Part shown: positions 1 to 11,001 of the stretch, in pieces
Layout of the letters: each line of letters opens with the position of its first letter
Position numbering within the stretch: position 1 is the first letter of the stretch
NCBI GenBank assembly: GCA_037045535.1
Contig: JBAOHI010000071.1
Location: 212,214-276,213 of the forward strand
DNA length: 64,000 nt
Direction: 5' to 3'
Origin: Candidatus Competibacter sp.
GTDB taxonomy: Bacteria; Pseudomonadota; Gammaproteobacteria; Competibacterales; Competibacteraceae
Made by a program: the position numbers and the translations under genes
Notes under the pieces: generated by a model
Seen by the model: only the letters and a program-made list of their open reading frames with translations
Told to the model about the DNA's origin: nothing
The model's database searches: none

Positions 1-32
1 TTTCCCAGTGTCTTAGAGAAGGTTAAAGCGTT

Positions 33-377
33 ATGTCGGCTCCACGACAAGGCGTCATCTCCATCGCGATCAAGGATAAGGCAATGCTGCATTCCAGCTA
101 TATGCCTTTCGTCAAGGGCGGGGGTATTTTCATCGCCACGGAAAAATCGTTCGAGCTGGGCGATGAGGTATTTTTGTTGCTGACCTTGGCCGAGGACCCC
201 GAGCGGTTTGCCATCACCGGCAAAGTGGTGTGGATCAATTATCGGACCACGCCGGGTGGGCGCCAGATGGGGGTGGGCATTCAGTTTAGCGGCGTGGAAG
301 GGGCCAATCTCCAAAAGAAAATCGATGCGATGTTGGGCGGTTATACGCGTGCCGACCAGCCGACCAATACCATGTGA
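33..377 (+). CDS. pilZ: Type IV pilus assembly protein PilZ
   Basis: YMPFVKGGGIFIAT...GKVVWI...GVGIQF...PTNTM matches PilZ; it precedes tatD as in the holB-pilZ-tatD locus. Confidence 0.93.
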   Translation: MSAPRQGVISIAIKDKAMLHSSYMPFVKGGGIFIATEKSFELGDEVFLLLTLAEDPERFAITGKVVWINYRTTPGGRQMGVGIQFSGVEGANLQKKIDAMLGGYTRADQPTNTM

Positions 378-395
378 CTGCCGATAAGCACCCCC

Positions 396-1181
396 ATGCT
401 CGCGGATTCCCATTGCCATCTGGACCGTCTCGATCTCACCCGTTTCGAGGGGGGCCTCACGGGAGTGATGGCGGCGGCGGCGGCGAGTGGCGTGACGCAG
501 TTTTTGAGTGTGGCTACGGATCTGGAAAGCTGGCCGAGGCTGGCCCGAATGACCGAACCACATCCGCAAGTTGCCTTGTCGGTGGGCGTCCATCCGAGCG
601 AGGATGACGGTCGTGCACCGACCGTGGCGGAACTGGTCGCGCTCGGCAGGGAACCACGAGTGGTCGCCATCGGCGAAACTGGGCTGGATTATTACTATGG
701 ACGCGACAACGTCGCTCGTCAGCAAGACTGGTTCCGCATCCATGTCGCTGCCGCGCGCGAACTTGGCAAGCCGTTGATCGTGCATAGCCGCGATGCCCGT
801 GTGGATACCCTGCGCATTTTGGAGGAAGCAGGCGCAGCCGATGTTGGCGGCGTGCTGCACTGTTTCACCGAGACTTGGGAAATGGCGGAGCGGGCTTTAG
901 AGCTTGGTTTTTACATCTCGTTTTCCGGTATCGTGACCTTCAAGAGCGCCGCGCAGATTCAAGAAGTCGCTCGACGGGTGCCTGCCGAGCGAATGCTCGT
1001 GGAAACCGATTCACCCTATTTGGCACCCGTGCCGCATCGTGGTAAACCCAACCATCCGGCTTGGGTGCGACATGTGGCGGAATTCGTTGCCCGGTTGCGC
1101 GGCGAATCGTTAGAGCAAGTGGCGGTCGAGACCACTGCCAACTATAGCCGGCTGTTCAAGGTGGGGGCGGGATCGACGTGA
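396..1181 (+). CDS. tatD: TatD-family DNase (YcfH-like)
   Basis: DSHCH, GVHP, AIGETGLDY, HCF and ETDSPYLAP motifs. Confidence 0.93.
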   Translation: MLADSHCHLDRLDLTRFEGGLTGVMAAAAASGVTQFLSVATDLESWPRLARMTEPHPQVALSVGVHPSEDDGRAPTVAELVALGREPRVVAIGETGLDYYYGRDNVARQQDWFRIHVAAARELGKPLIVHSRDARVDTLRILEEAGAADVGGVLHCFTETWEMAERALELGFYISFSGIVTFKSAAQIQEVARRVPAERMLVETDSPYLAPVPHRGKPNHPAWVRHVAEFVARLRGESLEQVAVETTANYSRLFKVGAGST

Positions 1182-1801
1182 ATCACGCGGAAATACGTGA
1201 CCGGATTCGCCATTGCCTGCATTCCACGCATCAAGTGGAAACTATTACCGGCGATCATGCGGTGGCCGGCATGGCGCGCGAGGAGCGGACGCTGATGCCG
1301 GCTGCGGTGCTCATGCCCTTGGTTGAACGGTCGGAAGGCTACACGGTGTTGCTCACTCAGCGGACCGCCCATTTGGAGCACCACGCGGGACAAATCAGCT
1401 TTCCCGGTGGTCGGGCCGAAGAGGAGGATGCCAACCCGGTCGATACCGCGTTGCGCGAGGCAGAGGAAGAAATCGGCCTGCAACGCCGGCATGTGGTGGA
1501 AATCGCCGGTTTTCTCGATCTGTATCAAACGGTGACCGGCTTTCTGATTACGCCGGTGGTGGGATTCGTGACCCCGCCGTTCGAGTTGGCGCTGGACGCA
1601 TTTGAAGTCGCTGAGGCGTTCGAGGTGCCGCTGGATTTCATTCTCGATCCTCGAAATCACGAATCCCGTAGCATGTTCTACAAGGGCCAGCACCGGCGCT
1701 ATTACGTGATTCCCTACGAGGATCGTTTTATCTGGGGGGCGACTGCCGCCATGCTGGTCAATTTCGCCCGCCGGCTAGCCGAGCATCCGCTGCTACCCTG
1801 A
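1178..1801 (+). CDS. CoA pyrophosphatase, Nudix family (NudL-like)
   Basis: LLTQR..HL..HAGQISFPGG, Nudix box ALREAEEEIG, IWGATA. Confidence 0.9.
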   Translation: MNHAEIRDRIRHCLHSTHQVETITGDHAVAGMAREERTLMPAAVLMPLVERSEGYTVLLTQRTAHLEHHAGQISFPGGRAEEEDANPVDTALREAEEEIGLQRRHVVEIAGFLDLYQTVTGFLITPVVGFVTPPFELALDAFEVAEAFEVPLDFILDPRNHESRSMFYKGQHRRYYVIPYEDRFIWGATAAMLVNFARRLAEHPLLP

Positions 1802-1990
1802 AAGCGAGGCGTCGCTCGCCGCACCCCGGTGGTAAACGAACTGCCGCAGCAGAAACTCCTCGTCCCGGGGCGTCAGATCGAACATCAGGCTGGCCTGTTC
1901 AATCGCTTTGAGGTCGCAATGACCTTGCTCGGCAAGCCACTGAAAGGCCCGACGCAACGCCTCACCTTCGGGGATGAGGGGTTTGAGCAT
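1793..1990 (-). CDS. Small hypothetical protein
   Basis: 65-aa ORF with protein-like composition (FDLTPRDEEFL), co-oriented with the upstream minus-strand cluster. Confidence 0.6.
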   Translation of the reverse strand: MLKPLIPEGEALRRAFQWLAEQGHCDLKAIEQASLMFDLTPRDEEFLLRQFVYHRGAASDASLSG

Positions 1991-2065
1991 GGCAATCTTT
2001 TTCCGGTGGCTAGGTGGCGGGTCAACTTGATGATCTAGAACCGGAGACAGCAGTCGATAAAGCGC

Positions 2066-2803
2066 TCAAAGAGACAATCTCCTGAAAACAAACTCCGGTA
2101 TGGATTTGATTAATTGCATGATTGCCCACCAAAATCCCGGCGTATAAACCACATCCTTTCCGTTCTCCATCGCTCGAACAATGTCTCGCGCTACCCGCTC
2201 CGGCTTGGCCCAGAGCAGACCCTTTGAGAAATCCCGCGTCATCGGTGTATCCACGAAACCGGGCTTGATCGTGACCACCTGCACGCCGGATTTGTACAAG
2301 CGCTGCCGTAACCCACTTAGGAACGTGCTGACCGCTGCTTTGGCCGTGCCATAGACATAATTGCTCTGCCGTCCCCGGTCACCGGCGACCGACGAAATGA
2401 CTGCGATCGTACCAACTCGTTGCGCTTCAAAATGGTTGGCGATCAGCGTCAGCAAGGCGATCACGCTCAAGGCGTTGGTGTGCAGTTCTTGGAAAGTTAG
2501 CGCGACCGATTGTTGGCACGCCGCTTGATCCGACAGTGTGCCGTGCGCGATGAGCACGGTGTCTAGGCCGCCTAGCGCCACATCCGCGTGGTCCAGTAAC
2601 GCGGCATGTCGTTCGATAGCGTTGGCGTCCATCGCCTCGGTTTGCACCCGCGCCGCGCCGCGCACCCGCAGATCAGCGGCGATCGCCTCCAGCGCCTCCG
2701 CCCGCCGCCCCACCAGATATAGTAAATCGCCCTGTGCTGCCAACAACCGCGCCACGGCTTCGGCGATGGCCGAGGTGGCGCCAACAATCAATACCTTTCG
2801 CAT
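2066..2803 (-). CDS. Short-chain dehydrogenase, DprE2-like
   Basis: GATSAIA Rossmann motif, SSVAGDRGRQSNYVYGTAK (YxxxK), KPGFVDTPMT; adjacent to a DprE1-like gene. Confidence 0.88.
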   Translation of the reverse strand: MRKVLIVGATSAIAEAVARLLAAQGDLLYLVGRRAEALEAIAADLRVRGAARVQTEAMDANAIERHAALLDHADVALGGLDTVLIAHGTLSDQAACQQSVALTFQELHTNALSVIALLTLIANHFEAQRVGTIAVISSVAGDRGRQSNYVYGTAKAAVSTFLSGLRQRLYKSGVQVVTIKPGFVDTPMTRDFSKGLLWAKPERVARDIVRAMENGKDVVYTPGFWWAIMQLIKSIPEFVFRRLSL

Positions 2804-2804
2804 C

Positions 2805-4131
2805 TCACTCCACCATCACCCGCCGCCAGAAACTGGAGGAAAACCGAGGGTCGATATATGCGTTGAAACGCTGCCAATTTGGAAAAAACGCTCGGAATCG
2901 GACTCCATTCATCCGGGCGTCCTTGGCGGGGTACACCGCGCCACCCGCCACTGCCACTATCGAATCAAGCGTATCCAGCAACTTGAAGGTTGCCGTGCCC
3001 TGGTTGGGAAAATCCAGCGCCAGCGTCACGCCGGGCCGGGGGAACGACAGCTGCCCGACCGCTGGAATCTCACCGAAGACTTTCAGCACGGCTAGAAACG
3101 ATCCCATACCCGAGCGGGTGATGTGTTCCAGCATCTCGCGGATCGCGGCAGGGCCGTGAGCGTGCGGGATCGCGCACTGATATTGTAAGAAACCACGCCG
3201 TCCGTAAATCCGGTTCCATGCCAACACGCTATCGAGCGGATAAAAGAACGGCGCGTAATGTGTGATGCTACGCGTTATCTCCGCTCGTTGCCGGTGGTAA
3301 TAAAGCGTGTTGAACGCCTTGAGGCTCCAATGATTGACCAGCGAGAGTGGCGGCGTGAATGGCACGGTCAGTCGTCCCACCGGCGACCGAGGCCGCGCGG
3401 CGCATAACGCCGGCGCATGGTTGCCGCGCATGAACAAACCGCGTCCCAGAGCAGCGCCGCGCGAGGTGCAATCCAGCCAGGCCACGGTGTACTCGTAATC
3501 CCGGTCGGAGGCCGCCGACACCGCGAAGAATTCCTCCAAGCCACCAAAACGGATCGTTTCGCTGGCAATCCAGGGATTAGCGATCCGGCGGAGCTGAATT
3601 TCCGCCCAAGTGATCAAACCCGTCAGGCCCAGGCCACCCACGGTTGCAGCGAACCAGTCGGGGTTTTCGGTGGGTGAGCAGCGGCGGCGACTGCCGTCCG
3701 AGCGCAATAGCTCGAAGCCGCGAATCCATGCGCCGAATGTCCCGGCACGATGGTGATTCTTGCCGTGCACGTCGTTGGCGATCGCACCGCCCACGGTTAC
3801 GAACCGTGTACCCGGCGTCACCGGCAAGAACCAGCCTTGCGGCACGATGAGTTCCAGAATCTCGGACAGCAAGACGCCCGCTTCACAACGTAACATGCCA
3901 GTAGTGGGATCGAAGGCGATGAAACGGTCCAGCCCGCGCGTATGTAGTAGCGCGCCGCCGTCATTCAGACAGCTATCACCGTAGCTGCGGCCATTACCGT
4001 AGGGCAACAGCAGAGCGCTCGATTGCGGGCAAGGTGGCGTGGCGGTCATGGTAGCGGATCGTCGCCTGTCTGGTGCGCGGGTAGCGACCCCACGAGAGGG
4101 TATCGGCCCGTTCCGTCAGAGTGCCAGCCAT
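2805..4131 (-). CDS. FAD-binding oxidoreductase, DprE1-like; apparent 1-nt frameshift near 4010
   Basis: GNGRSYGD, PVTPGTRFVTVGGAIANDVHGKNHH, YPAKD; the conserved N-terminal LSWGRYP lies in a different frame starting at ATG 4131. Confidence 0.85.
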
Positions 4132-5549
4132 ACGATCACCGCGCTGATTCCAATGAGCATCTGACTGACCCGATCCTGGATCGCGAAAATTACCGGATCG
4201 TCGTGCATATCGCCCCGGTGGGTCTTGAGCCACATCCGGCTGATCCAGTACAGCAACAGCGGGCAAAGCAGCCAGATGACTTCGGGATGCCGGTACAATG
4301 CCGGGTTGGCGCCATTGTTGATATAGAGGGCCAGCACCAACACGCTCGAATAACCGCTGGCGCTGCCCAACGCTTGTAGCAATTGCAAATCCCCTACCTG
4401 GTAACCACGTCCTCGTGCGGCGTTTTGTCCCATGTCCTGCATCGCCAGCAGTTCGGTATGGCGCTTGACCAAGGCTAGACTGAGAAAAATAAACATCGAG
4501 AACGCCAGCAGCCAGAAGGTGGGAACGATCACGGTGGCCGCCGCGCCCGCGATGATTCGCAGCGTGTAGAGCGCTGCCAGTGCCACCGTGTCCAGCATCG
4601 CGATCTGCTTGAAAAACAGCGAGTAGGTTAGCGTTAGTACGAAATAGCTCAGTAGAATGCCGGCAAACAGCGGTGGCAGAGCGATGCCCGCCAGCAGAAA
4701 GGCCAAAATCAGCAGGGCGGGAACTGCCAACGCCCCCGCCAGCACCGGCAACGTGCCGGCGGCGAACGGTCGCAGCCGTTTGCGCGGATGTTCGCGATCG
4801 ATAGGCAAATCCAGCAAATCGTTCAATAGGTAGACGCTGGAGGCGCATAGGCCGAAGGTGAGATAGGCTAAAGCTGCTTGCAGCAATAGGGCGGGTTCAT
4901 GGACGCGGTGCGCCGCCAGTAAGGGGACGAATACCAGCACGTTTTTCAACCACTGGTGCAAGCGCAAAGCCTTGAACCATGGCTTGAGCGTTTTACCTTG
5001 GCGGTCATCGAACTCGGCCGCGATCTCGGTAACTTGCGCCGCCTGGTCACGCACTCTATGTGCCGGATTGACTAGAATCGCTTGGTGAGCATGTGCCCAG
5101 ACGGCCACATCCACCCGTCCATTACCTGCATAGTCGAAGCCGCGTTCGCCAAAACATTGGCAGAGCCGTTCCGCTTTGCGTTGACCGGAAAGATTGGCGT
5201 CGTCGGTGGTCGCGATCACTTGGGAAAAAATGCCCAAATGATCGGCGACTTGGCGGGCGAAGGTCTCGGCGGCAGACGTCGCCAGGACCAGGTATCGTCC
5301 CCGTGCGTGTTGTTCGCACAGCCAGGCCAAGAAAGCCGGATGATAAGGTAACGTCGCGACATCCAGTTCGACTCGGCGGGCAAGCTCCTGTTTGAGTCGT
5401 GCCTTACCGCACAGCAGCCAGAAAGGGACGAGCAAGACAACTAGCGGGTGCGTTTTGAGCAGCAGGAAAAACGATTCGATCAGCAGGTCCGTTTTGATCA
5501 GCGTCCCATCGAGATCGACGCAGAGGGGGGGAGGTGTGGAGTAGGCCAT
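4116..5549 (-). CDS. HAD-hydrolase/UbiA-family phosphoribosyl-polyprenyl transferase fusion
   Basis: N-terminal VDLDGTL HAD motif; RLHQWLKN and YLLNDLLDL..DREHPRKRLRPFAAG UbiA motifs; many TM helices. Confidence 0.9.
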   Translation of the reverse strand: MAYSTPPPLCVDLDGTLIKTDLLIESFFLLLKTHPLVVLLVPFWLLCGKARLKQELARRVELDVATLPYHPAFLAWLCEQHARGRYLVLATSAAETFARQVADHLGIFSQVIATTDDANLSGQRKAERLCQCFGERGFDYAGNGRVDVAVWAHAHQAILVNPAHRVRDQAAQVTEIAAEFDDRQGKTLKPWFKALRLHQWLKNVLVFVPLLAAHRVHEPALLLQAALAYLTFGLCASSVYLLNDLLDLPIDREHPRKRLRPFAAGTLPVLAGALAVPALLILAFLLAGIALPPLFAGILLSYFVLTLTYSLFFKQIAMLDTVALAALYTLRIIAGAAATVIVPTFWLLAFSMFIFLSLALVKRHTELLAMQDMGQNAARGRGYQVGDLQLLQALGSASGYSSVLVLALYINNGANPALYRHPEVIWLLCPLLLYWISRMWLKTHRGDMHDDPVIFAIQDRVSQMLIGISAVIVWLAL

Positions 5550-5578
5550 GGCGACGACGATTGGTTTCCCTGTTTATG

Positions 5579-6577
5579 TCATGACCTTGCCGTGCTTGCG
5601 GAAGCCACGATTATGACCCCAAACTTTGGTTGGTCCTGAGTTTTTCCTGCTTCCAGTCCCAGAATCGCGAGTAGGCCGATCAGTACGGCGAACCAGAGGG
5701 TGGTGAATCGGCACAGCAGTGTGGCGGCAATCGCTGTGCTGGAGCCTACGCCGGCCAGCATCAATAACAATCCCATAACCGCCTCGGTACCTCCCAAGCC
5801 GCCGGGTAGGAAGGACAAGGCGCCGGCCAGAACGCTGACCGCGTAAATGCCCGTCGCCGCAACGACAGGCAACGACGCGCCCATGCCTCGCACAATCAGG
5901 TACAGCGCGAAAGCTTCCGCCGCCCAGGCCAGCAGGCTGACGGTGAGGCTGGCATAAAACCGGCCGGGTGCGAACAGGCAGGCCGACGCTCGCAATAGGC
6001 TGGCCAGGTGTTGCAAAACCCGCGGGGATTTCCCCGTGGCTTGACTACACCTGGCCCAATGATCCAGGCGGCTTGGCAGTTCGGGGCGGACGATGAACCA
6101 GGTGAATGTGCCAATGCCCAGGCCTGATAGCCACACGAAAGCGCGGTAGTCCGGAAACAACCAGGCACCGCTGATCGCCAGCACGGCGATAGCGAGCATA
6201 TCCAGCAGGCGTTCGGCGAAAAAGGCCGCCAGGCTTTCCGCATAGCGCATGCCATGCGGTTTCAGATAGATCGAACGCACCGCTTCCCCGGCCTTGCCCG
6301 GCGTGACCGTGAACGCGAAACCGGCCAGGTAGTAGGCGAGATGTCGCCGCCAGGGCACGGTGTAGCCCAAGGTGGCGACATAGGATTGCCAGCGCAGGAA
6401 GCGCAGGGCGTAGTTGAACAACGACAGCCCCAGGATCAGTGCCAGTTGTGGTCCGGTAATCGCGGTGAGCGTTGTACCGACTCGCTGGGCATCACCCACG
6501 AACGCGGCGAGCAGATACAACACTATTGCTAGAGTGACGACTATCGCCAGTGGGCGCAGGTGTTTTTGGAGAGACAT
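5579..6577 (-). CDS. Lysylphosphatidylglycerol-synthase TM/flippase-like membrane protein
   Basis: LRFLRW, TPGKAGEAVR, ERLLD and PGGLGGTEA motifs; hydrophobic. Confidence 0.85.
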   Translation of the reverse strand: MSLQKHLRPLAIVVTLAIVLYLLAAFVGDAQRVGTTLTAITGPQLALILGLSLFNYALRFLRWQSYVATLGYTVPWRRHLAYYLAGFAFTVTPGKAGEAVRSIYLKPHGMRYAESLAAFFAERLLDMLAIAVLAISGAWLFPDYRAFVWLSGLGIGTFTWFIVRPELPSRLDHWARCSQATGKSPRVLQHLASLLRASACLFAPGRFYASLTVSLLAWAAEAFALYLIVRGMGASLPVVAATGIYAVSVLAGALSFLPGGLGGTEAVMGLLLMLAGVGSSTAIAATLLCRFTTLWFAVLIGLLAILGLEAGKTQDQPKFGVIIVASASTARS

Positions 6578-6611
6578 GGGGATGCGCCAGCGACGCCATG
6601 GCGCGCTAATT

Positions 6612-8276
6612 TTACGCCAACTTTCGGTATTTGATCCGGTGTGGCTGGTCAGCCTCCACGCCCAGCCGCCGCTTACGGTCGACTTCGTAATCCGCGTAAT
6701 TACCCTCGAACCACACGACTTGTGAATCGCCCTCGAACGCCAGAATGTGGGTGGCGATGCGGTCCAGGAACCAGCGGTCGTGGGAGATGATCACGGCGCA
6801 ACCAGCGAAGGCCAGTAAAGCCTCCTCCAACGCCCGCAGCGTTTCCACATCCAGATCGTTGGTCGGTTCGTCCAGCAGCAGCACGTTGCCACCGCTTTTC
6901 AGGAGCTTGGCCAGGTGAACCCGGTTACGTTCACCGCCGGACAAATCCTTGACGAATTTTTGCTGGTCCGGTCCCTTGAAGTTGAAACGGCCGACGTAGG
7001 CACGAGAATTGATCTGGTAGCTGCCGATGGCAATCATATCCAGCCCATCGGAAATTTCCTGCCAAACGGTTTTATCGGGGGCGAGACTATCCCGTGATTG
7101 ATCGACATAAGCCAGCTTGACGGTGTCCCCGACCCGCAGAGTACCGCTATCTGGCTGCTCTTGGCCGACCAGCATCCGGAACAGGGTGGTTTTGCCCGCG
7201 CCGTTGGGGCCGATCACCCCGACGATACCGCCCTTGGGCAGTTTGAAGTCGAGGTTTTCGATCAGCAAGCGGTCGCCGAAGCCTTTGCGCAGCTGCGTGG
7301 CTTCGACCACCAGATCGCCCAAGCGCGGCCCTGGTGGGATGTAGAGTTCCTGGGTTTCGTTGCGCTTCTGAAATTCCTGCGATTCCAGTTCCTCGAAGCG
7401 GGCGACGCGGGCCTTGCTCTTGGCGTGGCGGCCTTTAGGGTTAGCACGCACCCATTCCAGCTCCGCCTTCATGGCTTTGGTGTGTGCGGTTTCCTGCTTC
7501 TCCTCGATTTCCAGTCGCTTCTCCTTCTGCTCCAGCCAGGAAGAATAGTTACCCTCCCAGGGAATGCCCCGACCCCGATCCAGTTCCAGAATCCAGCCCG
7601 CAACGTTGTCCAGGAAATAGCGGTCGTGGGTGACGGCGACCACGGTGCCGGGATAGTCTTGGAGAAACCGCTCCAGCCAGGCTACGGATTCAGCGTCGAG
7701 ATGGTTGGTCGGTTCATCCAGCAGCAGCATGTCGGGCTTGGACAGCAGCAGCCGGCACAATGCGACCCGGCGCCGTTCGCCGCCCGAAAGAGTGGCGACA
7801 TCCGTTTCCCACAACGGTAGGCGCAGTGCGTCGGCGGCTACGTCCAAGGTCCGGTCCAAGTTGTGGCCGTCGGTGGCTTGCAGGTAAGCTTCCAGATCGG
7901 CTTGTTCGGCGGCCAACTTCTCAAAATCGGCTTCCGGGTCGGCGTAAGCGGCGTAGACCTCGTCCAGCCGGGCCAGCGCGGTTTTGATCGGTTGCACGGC
8001 TTCCTCGATATTGCCGCGCACGTCCTTGGTCGGATCGAGCTGCGGTTCCTGGGGCAGAAAGCCAATTTTGATGCCGGGCTGCGGGCGCGCTTCGCCGAGA
8101 ATGTCGGTATCGGTGCCGGCCATGATCCGCAACAAGGTGGATTTGCCGGAGCCGTTTAGCCCCAGCACGCCGATTTTAGCGCCGGGGAAGAACGATAGAG
8201 AGATGTCTTTCAGGATTTCCCGCTTAGGAGGTACGACTTTCCCCACGCGGTTCATAGTAAAAATGTATTGGGCCAT
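6612..8276 (-). CDS. ettA: Energy-dependent translational throttle protein EttA (ABC-F)
   Basis: [19 protein letters not shown] start, two ABC domains, C-terminal PHRIKYRKL. Confidence 0.97.
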   Translation of the reverse strand: MAQYIFTMNRVGKVVPPKREILKDISLSFFPGAKIGVLGLNGSGKSTLLRIMAGTDTDILGEARPQPGIKIGFLPQEPQLDPTKDVRGNIEEAVQPIKTALARLDEVYAAYADPEADFEKLAAEQADLEAYLQATDGHNLDRTLDVAADALRLPLWETDVATLSGGERRRVALCRLLLSKPDMLLLDEPTNHLDAESVAWLERFLQDYPGTVVAVTHDRYFLDNVAGWILELDRGRGIPWEGNYSSWLEQKEKRLEIEEKQETAHTKAMKAELEWVRANPKGRHAKSKARVARFEELESQEFQKRNETQELYIPPGPRLGDLVVEATQLRKGFGDRLLIENLDFKLPKGGIVGVIGPNGAGKTTLFRMLVGQEQPDSGTLRVGDTVKLAYVDQSRDSLAPDKTVWQEISDGLDMIAIGSYQINSRAYVGRFNFKGPDQQKFVKDLSGGERNRVHLAKLLKSGGNVLLLDEPTNDLDVETLRALEEALLAFAGCAVIISHDRWFLDRIATHILAFEGDSQVVWFEGNYADYEVDRKRRLGVEADQPHRIKYRKLA

Positions 8277-8365
8277 TGCGCTTTATGTCGAGTGATGGGC
8301 GTAGGGCGGCAATCTACCGATTGGGGGCCATGCCGTAAAGGGGAACGATCCAGCACGATGAGAGC

Positions 8366-8411
8366 GCCGCCCTGGGACAGGCCAAATAGCCGCCCTGGGA
8401 CAGGCCAAATA
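8366..8411. repeat. Perfect 23-bp tandem duplication GCCGCCCTGGGACAGGCCAAATA x2
   Basis: Read directly at 8366-8388 and 8389-8411. Confidence 0.9.
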
Positions 8412-8489
8412 TTCGGGTATCCGCTGAGAATCTGCATGGCCCCCTGCTGCTCAATGCAGCAGGGGAATGGGCCGGTGACCGCGCAATGC

Positions 8490-9950
8490 TCAACTTTTTA
8501 GCAGCGACCGAATCGTCGATGAGGTCATCACCTTGCCCTCGCCTCGATAAGCCTCGTGGTTGGCTTCGATATCATCAAGCTTGTAGAGGTAGTTCACCAT
8601 CATGCCCGCCGACTGGCTGATACCCTTGGCCGAAGTGTCGGCCAACCAATTCAGCCGCTCGATCCGTGAGCCATTCGAGAGGTGAAAGTGAGCGACCCGA
8701 TCGCGGGCGGTGCCGCCCTCGCGTTTTTCCTTGGCCAGGTAGCGGGCGCACAGCCGTTGCAAAGGATGTTTCAACGCCTTCGCCAAGTCCGACTGCTCAG
8801 ACCAATCGGGTGTTTGCAGCAAAGTTTTCAGCGAGACCGGCTCGGTTCCGGTGTTGGCGGCGACGGCCAGCGCCTTGCGATCGGTTGGAGTCAACAGCTC
8901 CGCCTCGATATCTTTGCCGGGTTCGTTCAATTTGGCATCGAGCCAACCGCGAAAGCCGGGAATTGGTGACAGAGTGGCGAAGGTTTTGAGATTCTTGAAC
9001 TCGTGGGTCAGTTCATCTACCACCCGCTTGATCAGGAAGTTGCCGAAACTGATACCAGACAATCCCTCGTGGGCGTTGGAGATGGAATAGAAAATCGCCG
9101 TGTCGGCGGTACTGGGATCGAGTACCGGCGCCGCTTCGTCCAGCAGGGTGTGAACGTTGTCGGCGATACCGTGGACCAACGCAACCTGGACAATGATCAG
9201 CGGTTCGTTGGCCATGCGCGGGTGGAAAAAGGCAAAGCAACGCCGGTCGGAGCTGAGCCGGTTTTTAAGATCGTCCCAGCTCTTGATCGGATGCACGGCT
9301 TCGTAGGCGATCATTTTCTCCAACAGCGACGCCGGTGAATCCCAGGTGATGCGCCGCAATTCCAGAAAGCCGACATCGAACCAGGATACCAGCAGCGACA
9401 GTAGATCCCGTTCCAGCGCCGCCAGCGCCGGATCGTCCTTGCGCCATTCCAACAATTCGGCACGCAGGTCCACCAGAAAATGAAAGCCCTCGGGTAGCGC
9501 GTTGAGCTGCGCCAGCAGGCGCCCTCGCGGTGGTTGCAGCGCTTGGCGCAAGGCCCGCTCGGCTTTGGCGCGCTCCTCGATGTTGTCGCCGGCCTGCTGG
9601 AGCTTCGCGACGGCTTTGTCGGTCGCTTTACGGTCGATGTCGAATTCGGTGGCGAGGATCTTGAGGAACCGCTTGCGGCCCTTGGCGTTTAGCGACAGAT
9701 AAAACCGTCCCAGATTGGCAGCGCGGGCGCGGGCTGAAACCTCGCCGCCGCGCGCTTCCAGACAGTCTCGCATCTGGGCTTTGAGCGACTCCGCATCCTT
9801 TTCGGGCAGATTGGGGTTGGGCGTGGTGGACAGCAAACCACCCCGCCAGTCGGCCACCTCGCGCCACGCCTCGCGCAGATTTTGCATGGTGCGGTCGAGC
9901 AGGCTAGCCCGGGTGGTGATTTCGGGTTCAAGAGTCGTGAGTTCGGTCAT
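8490..9950 (-). CDS. Malonyl-CoA decarboxylase
   Basis: YEAVH.I.SW.DL..RL..DRRCFAFFHP, AIFYSISN, GISFGNFLIK, TLSPIPGF, VAHFHLSNG, MVNYLY. Confidence 0.93.
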   Translation of the reverse strand: MTELTTLEPEITTRASLLDRTMQNLREAWREVADWRGGLLSTTPNPNLPEKDAESLKAQMRDCLEARGGEVSARARAANLGRFYLSLNAKGRKRFLKILATEFDIDRKATDKAVAKLQQAGDNIEERAKAERALRQALQPPRGRLLAQLNALPEGFHFLVDLRAELLEWRKDDPALAALERDLLSLLVSWFDVGFLELRRITWDSPASLLEKMIAYEAVHPIKSWDDLKNRLSSDRRCFAFFHPRMANEPLIIVQVALVHGIADNVHTLLDEAAPVLDPSTADTAIFYSISNAHEGLSGISFGNFLIKRVVDELTHEFKNLKTFATLSPIPGFRGWLDAKLNEPGKDIEAELLTPTDRKALAVAANTGTEPVSLKTLLQTPDWSEQSDLAKALKHPLQRLCARYLAKEKREGGTARDRVAHFHLSNGSRIERLNWLADTSAKGISQSAGMMVNYLYKLDDIEANHEAYRGEGKVMTSSTIRSLLKS

Positions 9951-10146
9951 GACGAAATACCACGGAAATACTGAACGGATGAGGTGGCCACGGCGGTCGG
10001 AGGTAAATTGCCGGGCGCTGGGTTACGCTTAAAGTATAGAGGTTTGCCTCGGGCAAAGTAGGGCTTTCTGGGTGGGTATTCCGAGCGCTCGGAGCGCGCC
10101 CACCTATTTCCTTGCCCGTCCGGGGGTAGGGTGTCCGTGTGGCTTC

Positions 10147-11001
10147 TCAAAGCTGGCTAGCCATCGCTGCGCTGTCCTCAAGCAGGATCTCCAGTTCGGC
10201 CATGGGAATTTCCCCGAGCCCGAGCGCTTGCCCTTCCACCGTAGCGGCCAAGGCGATGTGAGGGTCATGATGCAGTCCGATCCCGACTTTGTCGCAAGCT
10301 TGATCGATCAAACGGACGAAGACCAGCAAGTTGTTGTTGGGGTCGCAGGGTTCTCGGTGGTGATCGCGCACCACCACACAGTAATCGTCGGGCAGATTCC
10401 ATTGCTTGGCCAGTAGATAGCCCTGATCGGTGTGCATGTCGCTGTTGAGAATCTCGACGATCAGGCTGGCCGACAGATCGAAGCCGATGCTGCCGGAGCC
10501 GTCCAGATCCTCGATGATTTTCAGCAGCGCCAACTGGCCGATGTTGTGCAAGAGGCCAGCCATGAACGCGCTTTCTGCCTCGCTGCGATAGCCGGATCGC
10601 TCGGCTATCCATTTACAGCCTATAGCCGAAACAAAGGCATGCAGCCACAGTTTGCTCTGATAATTCAGGAATCGATTGCTAGGCTTTCGATAGAGTTGTT
10701 GGAGGGCGACGACCAGGGCGAGGTGGGCCACCTGCTCGATCCCGAGCCGGATGATGGCCTTGCGGATCGTGGTGATCTGTTGCAAGCCTTTATAAAAGGC
10801 CGCGTTGGCGACACGCAAAATCTGGCTGGCCAAGGTTTGGTCCTCGACGATCATACGTTCGATGTCGGCGATTTGAGTGGCCTCGTTTTGCAGAGCTTGC
10901 TGGAGACGCAGTGCGACGGGATTGAAAACGGGCAGCTTGACTTCGTTGGAATCGACGAATTGGACGATGAGATCGTATAGGGAATGGTTATTGGCTGTCA
11001 T
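10147..11001 (-). CDS. HDOD-domain protein
   Basis: LPVF..VA, DQTLASQILRVAN, AIIRLG, AFMAGLLHNIG, WNLP. Confidence 0.9.
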   Translation of the reverse strand: MTANNHSLYDLIVQFVDSNEVKLPVFNPVALRLQQALQNEATQIADIERMIVEDQTLASQILRVANAAFYKGLQQITTIRKAIIRLGIEQVAHLALVVALQQLYRKPSNRFLNYQSKLWLHAFVSAIGCKWIAERSGYRSEAESAFMAGLLHNIGQLALLKIIEDLDGSGSIGFDLSASLIVEILNSDMHTDQGYLLAKQWNLPDDYCVVVRDHHREPCDPNNNLLVFVRLIDQACDKVGIGLHHDPHIALAATVEGQALGLGEIPMAELEILLEDSAAMASQL

